Shown one piece after another: positions 16,777-26,059 of a stretch of DNA of 32,000 nucleotides. The stretch is taken from positions 930,001 through 962,000 of the forward strand of contig NC_017039.1 in the NCBI RefSeq assembly GCF_000284455.1, read 5' to 3'. The stretch is from Synechocystis sp. PCC 6803 substr. PCC-P (GTDB lineage: Bacteria; Cyanobacteriota; Cyanobacteriia; Cyanobacteriales; Microcystaceae). The notes under the pieces were generated by a model, which was not told the DNA's origin, ran no database searches, and saw only the letters and a program-made list of their open reading frames with translations. Both the position numbers and the translations under genes were made by a program. Numbering within the stretch: the first letter of the stretch is position 1; each line of letters starts with the position of its first letter.

Positions 16777-17766
16777 CTAATTTGCTTCCATCCCAAGTAG
16801 GCGGTCGCCACAGAGTTCGATTAGGGCAGGGATATGATGATGGCGGTTGGGGATGCGCCAACTAATGGCAATATGCCGCAATAGAGTAAGAATGATGTAA
16901 ATATCAATGGCTTGGCTAAGATGGGGATTATTTGGGGATTGTTTAGCTAGAAAAGCAGTTTTTAATATTTGTTCTTTGCGAACTAGGGCATCGGGATTCC
17001 CCCAGGTGCGGAGGCTATATTCGGTCATGTGGGCGATAAAGTTTCCTAGATCAACGGCGGGATCTCCTTTGCAGTAGAGGTCGAGGTCCACCAACCAAAG
17101 GTGATTGCCATCTACCAAAATTTGATCGGGGTAAAAATCCCGGTGAATAGTGGTAGTAGGACGGGGATATTTGTTTAAAACCTCTCCCAGCTGTTCACTC
17201 TGGGCGATGAAATGTTGAATTTGTGTTTGCCACTGAGGTTGCTGGTGGCTAAATTCCCGGAGGCGATCGCCAAGGATTTGTAATTCAGTGGCAATGGTAT
17301 GGGTTTTGGTTGTGGGGACAGAATGGCTGTGGATTTTGTGGGCTAGGGCGGCAATTTTTTCCGGTAAGTCGGGACGGGTAATCAATAATTCTGTCGCAGG
17401 TTGACCGGGAACCCATCGTTGGAGCCACATCTGCCAGGGTTCAACAATGCCCAAAGGTTTTGGCACCGATAATCCATCTTCACTTTGCCCATGGAACCCG
17501 TTTTCCCATAACGCCCGTTGAGAGCCATAGCTTTTGTAATCTGTGCCCTTGGCGCGAATTTTGCCAAGAATAATTCCTTCCACCCCATCGGTTTCCAGAT
17601 GATAGGCAATCAATGCCCGTCGCCCAGGTTTATGGCGTAGAAGCTCGGTTTTCTTGATCCCTTGTAAACCGGGAAAAATACTAGCTAGGTGCTGTTGAGC
17701 TAATTGGCGATCGAGGGCAAAAGGTAGCCATGGTATTTTGGGATCAGAGAAAATTTCGGCCATCAT
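16777..17766 (-). CDS. Aminoglycoside-phosphotransferase / CotS-type kinase-fold protein; substrate unknown
   Basis: 329 aa ORF. The catalytic-loop-like motif is HRDFYPDQILVD, and the metal-binding block is WLVDLDLYCKGDPAVDLGNF. The start ATG overlaps the upstream ABC gene stop as TAATG (1-nt overlap at 17766). Confidence 0.75.
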   Translation of the reverse strand: MMAEIFSDPKIPWLPFALDRQLAQQHLASIFPGLQGIKKTELLRHKPGRRALIAYHLETDGVEGIILGKIRAKGTDYKSYGSQRALWENGFHGQSEDGLSVPKPLGIVEPWQMWLQRWVPGQPATELLITRPDLPEKIAALAHKIHSHSVPTTKTHTIATELQILGDRLREFSHQQPQWQTQIQHFIAQSEQLGEVLNKYPRPTTTIHRDFYPDQILVDGNHLWLVDLDLYCKGDPAVDLGNFIAHMTEYSLRTWGNPDALVRKEQILKTAFLAKQSPNNPHLSQAIDIYIILTLLRHIAISWRIPNRHHHIPALIELCGDRLLGMEAN

Positions 17767-19598
17767 TAACGCCCCAGGGATTTGGTGACGGTTGCGAGGG
17801 TTTGCCGTTGAAAGAGATCAGCATAGACCCCCTGACGAGCCAGTAATTCGGCGTGGGTACCCTGTTCCCTGATTTGCCCCTGGTAGAGGTAAAGAATTTG
17901 GTCAGCGGCGATCGCCAACTGCAGATTATGGGTTACCAAAAAAGTGGTGCGATTTTCCGCTAACCGTTCTAGGGCTTCAAAAACCAACTGTTCATTAACT
18001 TTATCCAAGCCGCTGGTGGGTTCATCCAGGATCAGAATGGGGGTTTGTCGCATGGCGGCCCTGGCGATCGCCAACCGTTGTCGCTGGCCACCAGAGAGAG
18101 TAGTGCCCCTTTCTCCCACTACTGTGTCGTAACCCTGGGGCAGTTCCAGAATAAATTTATGGGCATTGGCTAAACGGGCCGCCGCTTCAATCTCTGCCAT
18201 TGTCGCCCCCTCGATGCCGTAGGCGATATTTTCCCGGATCGTGGCCGCAAATAATAAACTCTCCTGTAATACCACTGCCATTTGGTTCCGTAGGCTCGTC
18301 AGTTGATAATCCCGCAGATCATGGCCATCAATGAAAATTTTCCCTGCTGTTGGGTCATACAGGCGCAGTAAAAGACTTAAAAGAGTAGATTTACCACTGC
18401 CAGAAGCACCAACAAGGGCAATTTTCTCCCCTGGTCGCACTGTTAAATTCAACCCGTCAAGAATGGCTTGATCTGGATGATAGCCAAAGGAAACATATTT
18501 AAATTCAATGCGCCCCTGGAAAAATGGGGCAGGAATAGCCCCTGGTTTGTCCTGAATATCGGGGGTTTCCGCCAAAATATTCAAAATTCGCTCCCCCGAT
18601 GCCGCCGCTTTAGCCAGACGACCTGTGTATTTAGCAAAATTCTGCACCGGTTTGTAGGCATTGCGTAGATAGGTTAAAAACACCAAAACCGTTCCCGCTG
18701 TCAGAGCATCTTCAATGACCAGATGGCCTCCGTAACCCATCACCAAAGCTGTACCGAAGGCAATCAACACGTCCACCAATCGCTCCAGGTTGGCGGCTAA
18801 ACGCTTAGTTTCAATGTTTTCTTGGAGGCTCCGTTGATTTTGGCGGCTAAACAAATCGGCAAAGGCTTGTTCCAGGGAGAGAGCTTGGACAAGTTTAATG
18901 GCGGAGAGGGATTCAGCGGCGGTGGAGGCAACGGCCCCTTCCTGGTGACGTTGGGTGAGGGAAGCATGGCGAATTTTGGCACTTAAACGATTGGCGGCCA
19001 ACCAAAACAGGGGAAAAGTTGCCAAGGACAAAAGGGTTAATTTTAGGTCTAGCCAGGCCATCACCCCCACCATGCCGCCCAAAGTTAAAAGGCTGACCAC
19101 CAGGGGCAAAGCTGCTGTGAGCAAAATTTCCTGGAGACGGTTGGCATCGCTACTGACTCGGATAATCAGATCGCCACTGCGGGCTTGGTAATGGTAACGC
19201 AGGGAAAGCCTTTGCAAATGCCCATAGAGTTGATCCCGCACCTGGGCCATGACGCGACTACCAACGATCGCCAAACTGACGGTATTCCAATAGGTAGCGA
19301 TCGCCCGACTGACGGCAATGATAATCACCCCAACGGCGATTAACATCAACAGCCAAGCGGCATTGAGGTTAGTAAAGCCCCAGAGAGAAAGACTCGGCTG
19401 GGTTTGAGTGGGAATCAGTACCCCGTCAATGAGCAGCTTGAGGGGCCAGGGTTCCAACAGTCGCAACCCCACATCCGCCAGCAAAGTCACCATCGCTACC
19501 AGCAAGAGTCGCCACTGGGCACGAATTTGGGGCCAAAAGGTGGTGATCACTGCCCAGAGGCCTGGCACAGCTTGGGTCATGGGGGAGGCACGGTTCAT
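17766..19598 (-). CDS. Fused TMD-NBD ABC exporter (MsbA/NdvA-like half transporter)
   Basis: 610 aa ORF with an N-terminal six-helix ABC membrane domain. Walker A is GASGSGKST, the signature motif is LSGGQRQRLAIARA, and Walker B is ILILDEPTSGLD. Confidence 0.9.
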   Translation of the reverse strand: MNRASPMTQAVPGLWAVITTFWPQIRAQWRLLLVAMVTLLADVGLRLLEPWPLKLLIDGVLIPTQTQPSLSLWGFTNLNAAWLLMLIAVGVIIIAVSRAIATYWNTVSLAIVGSRVMAQVRDQLYGHLQRLSLRYHYQARSGDLIIRVSSDANRLQEILLTAALPLVVSLLTLGGMVGVMAWLDLKLTLLSLATFPLFWLAANRLSAKIRHASLTQRHQEGAVASTAAESLSAIKLVQALSLEQAFADLFSRQNQRSLQENIETKRLAANLERLVDVLIAFGTALVMGYGGHLVIEDALTAGTVLVFLTYLRNAYKPVQNFAKYTGRLAKAAASGERILNILAETPDIQDKPGAIPAPFFQGRIEFKYVSFGYHPDQAILDGLNLTVRPGEKIALVGASGSGKSTLLSLLLRLYDPTAGKIFIDGHDLRDYQLTSLRNQMAVVLQESLLFAATIRENIAYGIEGATMAEIEAAARLANAHKFILELPQGYDTVVGERGTTLSGGQRQRLAIARAAMRQTPILILDEPTSGLDKVNEQLVFEALERLAENRTTFLVTHNLQLAIAADQILYLYQGQIREQGTHAELLARQGVYADLFQRQTLATVTKSLGR

Positions 19599-19651
19599 TT
19601 ATCTATCACTTTTAACTTCAACTAAATTCAACTAATTTCAACGTTGAAAAA

Positions 19652-20791
19652 CTAGGCTTGGGCGATCGCCAAAATTTGGGCGGCAACGCGATCCCAGGTG
19701 TGGTGTTTAAGCACGAAGTCACGGGCCGCCAGACCTAACTGTTGCCGTTGCTGGGGCGATCGCCAGAGACGTTCGAGGGCCTGGGCCAGGGCTGTCGGTT
19801 CCCCCGGTAGACACAAAATCCCCGTCACCCCATCGTCAATAATGTCCTTCACTTGACCGATGCAACTAGCCACTATGGGTAACCCGGCCGCCATATATTC
19901 CACCACTTTCAGAGGCGAAAAATAAAAATCTTCACTGGCGGGATAGGGGGCCACGGCAACGCTCATTTGACTTAACCAGTGGGGGACTTGCTCTGGAGGG
20001 ACTGTACCGGTCCACTGTACTTGGGTAGTTAAATTGCGCTGGGAGATCGCTCGTTCAAGGACTTGCCGTTGGGGGCCATCACCGACAATCAACAGACGAG
20101 CTTCCGGGACAGTTCGTCGCAGTTGGGCAAAGGCTTCAATCAGGTAATCCAGGCCATGCCAGGGCTTAAGGGAACTAACAAAACCCACAGTGAAGAGTTC
20201 TGTCTGAGATGGTTTGGACAGACCGGCAAAACGAGCTGGGTTTATCCCATTAGGCATGACAAAAAGGCGATCGCCAGAAACCCATTGTTGCAAATAGGAT
20301 TTAACCTCTTGGGACACTGCGATTAAAGCTGTTGCTTTCCCAAAGACTATTTCGGCCACCTGCAAAGCCAAATCCCGGTCTAGTAAAACCCGGTGTGTGG
20401 CTTGCTCTTCAATTAAGGGTGCATTCACTTCTAAAATGCCAGGAATCTGACAGTTTCGGGCAAAGGTCATTCCCGCATGACTCCAGAGGGAATAACGTTC
20501 ATAAACAAGATCATAGGGAGCTGCCTGGGTTAATAAATTTTGCAACGTCTGATTTTGTTGAAATAAGCCCTGTTCCCGCATTGCTAAATCTCCTTTGGGC
20601 ACCTTGGGCAGGCAGTGAACGGGTAAATCGACTAAATCCTTGGGCGGTTCCCCCCCCAGCTTTGCCGCAAACAGGGTCACCGTTGCCCCCTGGTTCTGAA
20701 AAGCGCGGATAATCTCTTGCACATGGATTGAGGCACCTTTACAACCAAAGACTGGAATGCCGGGATCGACACAGATGTAAGCAATCTTCAT
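19652..20791 (-). CDS. Glycosyltransferase, GT-B fold, group 1 (GT4-like)
   Basis: 379 aa ORF. The C-terminal block is FSPLKVVEYMAAGLPIVASCIGQVKDIIDDGVTG (EX7E-type region). Its start overlaps the stop of the upstream GT gene by 4 nt (ATGA at 20788-20791). Confidence 0.85.
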   Translation of the reverse strand: MKIAYICVDPGIPVFGCKGASIHVQEIIRAFQNQGATVTLFAAKLGGEPPKDLVDLPVHCLPKVPKGDLAMREQGLFQQNQTLQNLLTQAAPYDLVYERYSLWSHAGMTFARNCQIPGILEVNAPLIEEQATHRVLLDRDLALQVAEIVFGKATALIAVSQEVKSYLQQWVSGDRLFVMPNGINPARFAGLSKPSQTELFTVGFVSSLKPWHGLDYLIEAFAQLRRTVPEARLLIVGDGPQRQVLERAISQRNLTTQVQWTGTVPPEQVPHWLSQMSVAVAPYPASEDFYFSPLKVVEYMAAGLPIVASCIGQVKDIIDDGVTGILCLPGEPTALAQALERLWRSPQQRQQLGLAARDFVLKHHTWDRVAAQILAIAQA

Positions 20792-22029
20792 CGTTTGGCC
20801 TCCCCTAAATGAAATAAGTCACGGAGTTGGGCGCTATTGCGTCGCAGGTCAAAAGCCTGTTCTAATCGTTGGCGGGCCTGCTGGGCGTAACGATGACGTA
20901 AATCTGCTTGGTTCAAGATGGTTTGGAGCGCTTTGGCTAACTGTTCCGGGTCATTTTGGGCCACCAGCAATCCCGTTTCCTGGTGCTGAATAATTTCGGG
21001 AATGCCCGTCACATCCGTTGCCACACAGGGAGTACCCAAGGCGATCGCCTCTAACAAAACTGTGGGTAAACCATCCCGATTGCCATCCCGGCCAACAATG
21101 TAGGGGGCGGCAAACACCTTTGCCCGTTTTAGGAGTTGAAACACTTCCCCCTGGGGTTTGGGGCCAGTGATCTCCACCCAAGGCTCTAGCTGATGCTGGA
21201 CAATTTGCGATCGCAATGTCGCTTCCAAGGAACCAGCACCGACGATCTGACAACGGAACTCACAATCCCAACGGCGCAAGAGATCGCAGGCGCTGATTAG
21301 ATAAGTCAAGCCTTTTTTTTCTACTAGGCGTGACACAGAGATAATTAACGGCGGTTCACAATTTTCCGACCGGGGTTGGTAGGGCAATTCTGTTAAATCC
21401 ATGCCGTTGTAAATACGCTGTACTTTGCTGGCCGCTTCCCCGTACTGCTGTTGTAAATAGGTACGGTTATAGTCGCTAACGGTCACCACCTCGCAGGCAG
21501 CTTGGAGTTTGCGGGCAAAATCCGCCGGATCAACGCTCTCATGGAAAATATCCTTGGCATGGGCCGTAAAACTGTAGGGCACCCCAGCAAAATGGGCCGC
21601 TAAGCGAGTAACACTGGTGGCAACGCTGGCAAAATGGGCATGGAGATGGGTAATTCCTTGGTGACGGACGGCTTGGGCGAGCCAGAGGGCTTGGTAAACA
21701 ACACTAGAGCGTTCTCCGGCGGCGTAGGCTAACTTTCTCCAGATGTCGGGAATTACAACCGCAGTGGCTTGCATTTCCGCCCAGAGGTAACTGGCCGCAG
21801 TGGGATTTTGCCCTAATAAATTTGGGTGCGATCGCCCTTGGCTGGGTTTTTGGATACAGGTAACGGGGGCCTTCACCCGGGCAATTTTGTCTTGGAAATA
21901 GCTATCTACCGGAGGACGGAGGGCAAAAATTTTGATGTCTAAACCCGCTGCTTCGTGGGCAAGAATTTCATTAACAATGAACGTTTCCGAATAACGGGGA
22001 TAGCGTTTAACAACGTAGGCGATGGCCAT
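20788..22029 (-). CDS. Glycosyltransferase, GT-B fold, group 1 (GT4-like)
   Basis: 413 aa ORF. The C-terminal block is DGLPTVLLEAIALGTPCVATDVTGIPEIIQHQETG. It begins 22 nt after the stop of the upstream gene. Confidence 0.85.
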   Translation of the reverse strand: MAIAYVVKRYPRYSETFIVNEILAHEAAGLDIKIFALRPPVDSYFQDKIARVKAPVTCIQKPSQGRSHPNLLGQNPTAASYLWAEMQATAVVIPDIWRKLAYAAGERSSVVYQALWLAQAVRHQGITHLHAHFASVATSVTRLAAHFAGVPYSFTAHAKDIFHESVDPADFARKLQAACEVVTVSDYNRTYLQQQYGEAASKVQRIYNGMDLTELPYQPRSENCEPPLIISVSRLVEKKGLTYLISACDLLRRWDCEFRCQIVGAGSLEATLRSQIVQHQLEPWVEITGPKPQGEVFQLLKRAKVFAAPYIVGRDGNRDGLPTVLLEAIALGTPCVATDVTGIPEIIQHQETGLLVAQNDPEQLAKALQTILNQADLRHRYAQQARQRLEQAFDLRRNSAQLRDLFHLGEAKR

Positions 22030-22051
22030 GGAAAATTTACAACGGAATTGA

Positions 22052-23353
22052 CTAGCAGGCTTGGGACATAAAACAGTTACGGGTGCTGAGCAATTGACCC
22101 AGAACGAGGGGAAGTTGTTGGGTGGCCCGGAGATTTAGAACTGGTTTGTTATATTGGTTGGTCGGCGCAGAGTGGAGCCAAGCTGTCAAATTTTGGGCAT
22201 TTACCTGATCGGGATGAAGCACATCTACCAGCCCCAGTTGTTTTAAACGGGTGGCCCTCAGCCATTGTTCTTGGCGGGGTTTAATGCGGGGAATAATCAG
22301 CGCTGGTTTTTGGAAGGACAGAATTTCGCAGGTGGTGTTGTAGCCCCCCATCGTGATTACCCGTTCCGCCGCCCACATCAACATGGTCGGTTCAGAAAAA
22401 TAGGGCAGGATAGTGAGGTCAGGATTATTCTGGGCACTGACCTTTAACTTTTGCCGTACAGACTCCGGCATAAACGGCCCGGTGAGCAGTACCCCCGGCA
22501 GGTCGGCAGTGAAGGGAATTTGGGCAAAGGCGATCGCCAGGGTTTCCCCATCCTGACCTCCTCCCACAGCACCGAGGATGAACCGGGATGGTAATTTCCA
22601 GTTACTTAACGTTTCTTGCCAAGGTTTAGTTAGATGTTGGAGGCGATCGCCCTGATGGAAATAGCCAAGGGGCCGCATTTTCGCCGTCACATCGGGGGCA
22701 AAACCATACTCATGTCGTAGGTCATAAACTTGCGGGTCACCATAAACCCAGACGGCATCGTAATAGCGACGAATAGCCCTTTCATTATCTGCTTGCCCCC
22801 AATCCCGCTGCACAGTCCCCGGTTGATCCAAAATATCCCTTAAGCCAAGTACACAAAGGCTTTCTGGTCGTTGTCGCAGATATTTCAAACTGGGGTCCAG
22901 TTCCCGTTCCACTCCCCGGGGCACATTGTCCACCATCAGCACATCCGGCTGAAATTGCTGAATTGTTTTTAGAATTAACTGCGATCGCCAAGCGATCAAT
23001 TTCTCCAAAGGCAGATCCAGATCCCGGCCAGAGTAGGAACCATCGCCATTTTTTCGCAGACTGGGCAAATTCACATAGTTAATACCCGCAGCAGTTAGGG
23101 CTTCATTTCCTTCTTCAATGCCGGTAATTACCAAAATTTCAACGGGTAATCTAGACTTTTGTAACGTTTGGGCAATGAGTAAATTACGGCGCTTATGCCC
23201 CAACCCCATGGTGTCGTGGGAATACAAGACAATGCGATAGCAATGGGAAGCCTTAGCCCTATGGCCCAATCCACCGGACTTTTTTAACGCCAATTTTTTC
23301 GGCGATCGCCGGGGGAAATGTTGTCGTAGTCGGGGTGATTGAATGGAGTGCAT
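22052..23353 (-). CDS. MurG-like (GT28 C-terminal domain type) predicted glycosyltransferase; first gene of the five-gene operon
   Basis: 433 aa ORF. The N-terminal Rossmann start is RIVLYSHDTMGLGHKRRN, there is a central GAVGGGQDG, and the C-terminus has ITMGGYNTTCE. All three are typical of UDP-sugar GT-B enzymes. About 38 aa of basic N-terminal extension precede the fold. Confidence 0.7.
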   Translation of the reverse strand: MHSIQSPRLRQHFPRRSPKKLALKKSGGLGHRAKASHCYRIVLYSHDTMGLGHKRRNLLIAQTLQKSRLPVEILVITGIEEGNEALTAAGINYVNLPSLRKNGDGSYSGRDLDLPLEKLIAWRSQLILKTIQQFQPDVLMVDNVPRGVERELDPSLKYLRQRPESLCVLGLRDILDQPGTVQRDWGQADNERAIRRYYDAVWVYGDPQVYDLRHEYGFAPDVTAKMRPLGYFHQGDRLQHLTKPWQETLSNWKLPSRFILGAVGGGQDGETLAIAFAQIPFTADLPGVLLTGPFMPESVRQKLKVSAQNNPDLTILPYFSEPTMLMWAAERVITMGGYNTTCEILSFQKPALIIPRIKPRQEQWLRATRLKQLGLVDVLHPDQVNAQNLTAWLHSAPTNQYNKPVLNLRATQQLPLVLGQLLSTRNCFMSQAC

Positions 23354-24006
23354 GGGAAAATGTTGGCTGTTCCAAATTTAAAGTTGTTGATAGTAATATC
23401 AAGTTGGTCAGCCTCGGTTGTGTTTCGATAGTGCTCCACTGTTCTAAATTTGCAGTAAGATTTCAATAAAAATTCTCTATCTCTCTTACGTTAATCTAGG
23501 TGGAAGGATAATAAATTCTATGCTGTCCATTAAGCATAAATAATCAGTACTAGACACATTGATATTTGGCACTAGTTCCCATAGTTCAAACCTCGCTAGA
23601 AAAGAGCAGATAATCTTGGCGGTAATGTAATCGCGGCACCACCACCATAGATCCTTCTGCTAATTTGCTGACAAAAATATGTTCAAATAGGACTCTACTT
23701 TATCCTCAGATTCCATTGGACAACTTTTAGTTTGTCCACTAGATCAGATAATATTGAGGGGCTTTTACTTAGTTTCGTCTCAATGTTGGTAGAGGACAGA
23801 GCTGCTTTTCAACAACAACCGAAAATAATTAGAAAATTAACTACGATCAATTGCCGATCTATCTTAATGCTTCCATTTGCCCCAAAATACTGTTTCCATG
23901 GGAGTTTAGACTATGACTAACAAAACACTGCTTGGTTAGAGTCAGATCCCCCAAGTGGCCACCAAGCTCTAATCTAAATTCTTGCTAGAGTTGAGAAAAC
24001 ATCCCC

Positions 24007-24711
24007 ATGGCCAATATCCTCTTAGTGGACGATGAAAACGCCTTAACGGAACCCTTGAGCAAAGCCCTAGGGCACCAGGGCCATACCATTGACGTGGCTG
24101 ACCAAGGAAAAACAGGACTAGCCATGGCGATCGCCGGTCAATATGACTTGTTAATCCTTGATTGGATGTTGCCCCAAGTATCAGGGTTGGAGATTTGTCG
24201 TCAAATTAGGATTCTGGGTCACTCAACGCCGGTTTTATTTCTCACTGCCAAAGATACCCTTGATGACCGAGTGGCGGGCTTAGATGCCGGTGGAGATGAC
24301 TATTTAATTAAGCCCTTTGAACTACGGGAGCTTTTAGCCCGGGTGCGGGCCCTACTGCGGCGACAAAGCCACGGAGAAACCATCACGGAAACCCTGGGTG
24401 CAGTCAAAAATAATTTGCTCAGCGTCAACAACGTTAGCCTAGATGTGGCCAATCAGGTGGCCTATTGCCAGGGTCAACGCATTGCCCTTTCGGAAAAGGA
24501 AGTGGCGCTGTTAACCCTATTCTTACAAGCTCCCGGACAAATTCTCAGTCACGAAGAGATCTATTCCCACCTTTGGCCCGGCGAAAGCCCCCCCAGTAGT
24601 AACGTGCTGGCGGCCCTGGTGCGATTACTGCGGCGCAAAATTGAACAGCCCAATGCCCCCCGCCTGATTAATTCCGTTTACGGCAAGGGGTACTGTTTTG
24701 AGGCCAATTAG
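24007..24711 (+). CDS. manR: OmpR-family response regulator; I recognise it as ManR (Rre16, slr1837), the Mn2+-responsive regulator of mntCAB
   Basis: 234 aa ORF. The receiver domain has ILLVDDE...LLILDWMLP...TAKD, and the C-terminal winged helix ends in VYGKGYCF. The family call is firm. The specific ManR identity is from memory. Confidence 0.8.
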   Translation: MANILLVDDENALTEPLSKALGHQGHTIDVADQGKTGLAMAIAGQYDLLILDWMLPQVSGLEICRQIRILGHSTPVLFLTAKDTLDDRVAGLDAGGDDYLIKPFELRELLARVRALLRRQSHGETITETLGAVKNNLLSVNNVSLDVANQVAYCQGQRIALSEKEVALLTLFLQAPGQILSHEEIYSHLWPGESPPSSNVLAALVRLLRRKIEQPNAPRLINSVYGKGYCFEAN

Positions 24712-25682
24712 CCGATGATCGCCTTAACTGCGTCCACAATTTGGGGCGGTTGCACAATGGTCAGTCGTTCCAACATACCGTTGTAGGGAGTGGGAATATC
24801 TTGGGAAGAAAGGCGCACCACCGGCCCATCTAACTCATCAAAGAGATGATCATTGATTAGGGCAATGAGCTCAGCGCCGATGCCTCCGGTTTTCATACAT
24901 TCTTCGACAATAATGACCCGATGGGTTTTCTTCACCGAAGCGCTGATGGTTTCCATGTCAAAAGGCTTGAGGGAAATCAAATCAATAATTTCCGGGTCGT
25001 AGCCTTCTTTTTCCAAAGTTTTTAGTGCCTGTAAACAATGGTGACGCATGCGGGAATAGGTCAAAATAGTGACATCCTTACCGGGGCGCACCACTTCGGC
25101 TTTATCCAGAGGCACAATATATTCGTAGTCGGGTAAGTTTTCTTTCAAGTTGTACAAAAGTACGTGCTCAAAAAATAACACTGGGTTATTATCCCGAATG
25201 GCTGCTTTGAGCAATCCCTTGGCGTTATAGGGGGTGGAGCAAGCCACAATTTTTAACCCCGGCACCGCATGGAAATAGGCCTCCAACCGTTGGGAATGTT
25301 CTGCCCCTAATTGCCGACCTACGCCCCCAGGACCACGGATAACCATGGGAATTTGGTAATTGCCGCCGGAGGTATAGCGCAACATCCCCGCATTATTGGC
25401 AATTTGGTTAAACGCCAGCAGAAGAAAACCCATATTCATGCCTTCAATGACTGGGCGCAATCCTGTCATGGCCGCCCCCACCGCCATGCCGGTAAAACTG
25501 TTTTCGGCGATGGGCGTATCCAGCACCCGCATTTCGCCATACTTCTCGTACAAATCCTTGGTTACCTTATAGGAACCGCCATAGAGTCCCACATCTTCTC
25601 CCAGCACAAGGACGTTGACATCCCGTCCCATTTCTTCGTCAAGGGCTTGGCGTAGGGCGGCAAACAGTAGGGTCTCAGCCAT
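24708..25682 (-). CDS. pdhB: Pyruvate dehydrogenase E1 component beta subunit
   Basis: 324 aa ORF with a transketolase-like pyrimidine-binding domain and C-terminal domain ([19 protein letters not shown]...[20 protein letters not shown]). Its stop codon overlaps the manR stop codon. Confidence 0.9.
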   Translation of the reverse strand: MAETLLFAALRQALDEEMGRDVNVLVLGEDVGLYGGSYKVTKDLYEKYGEMRVLDTPIAENSFTGMAVGAAMTGLRPVIEGMNMGFLLLAFNQIANNAGMLRYTSGGNYQIPMVIRGPGGVGRQLGAEHSQRLEAYFHAVPGLKIVACSTPYNAKGLLKAAIRDNNPVLFFEHVLLYNLKENLPDYEYIVPLDKAEVVRPGKDVTILTYSRMRHHCLQALKTLEKEGYDPEIIDLISLKPFDMETISASVKKTHRVIIVEECMKTGGIGAELIALINDHLFDELDGPVVRLSSQDIPTPYNGMLERLTIVQPPQIVDAVKAIIG

Positions 25683-26059
25683 GATTTCTGGGGGAAAACT
25701 TAGTTTTTAATAACAATTTAGACCGCCGCCGCATCTCTCCTTGTTGGTCCGGTGTAGGCAAACCAAGCAAGGGCGATCGGGGCACAACAATCTAGTATTT
25801 TGACACACTGGCTGGCCACCATAGCGGAGATTTTAGTCAGGGGACAAGGGTGGATGTCGATTAGGGCACAAAGGCGAAGGCTATTTATGGTTTTTTAGAC
25901 TGGTCCAAGCAACTAATTACCGTGGTCAACAGCACTAGGACCTTGCAGCTTGATTTGCCCGTGCCATGTTTTTGATAGGATAAAAAGCTAGCTAAGTTGT
26001 AATCTTCGCTTGCTTAGTCCGATTGACTGTTTCCATCCGTTTCCCTAGAGGAATTTTCC

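Noticed and set aside
23732-23920. A 62-aa ORF in the large intergenic region upstream of manR.
   Set aside because: It starts with a non-ATG codon (TTG at 23732). It has no SD and no recognisable motif, and its composition is unlike the neighbouring genes. It may still be transcribed as a leader or ncRNA, which is covered in the finding on this region.
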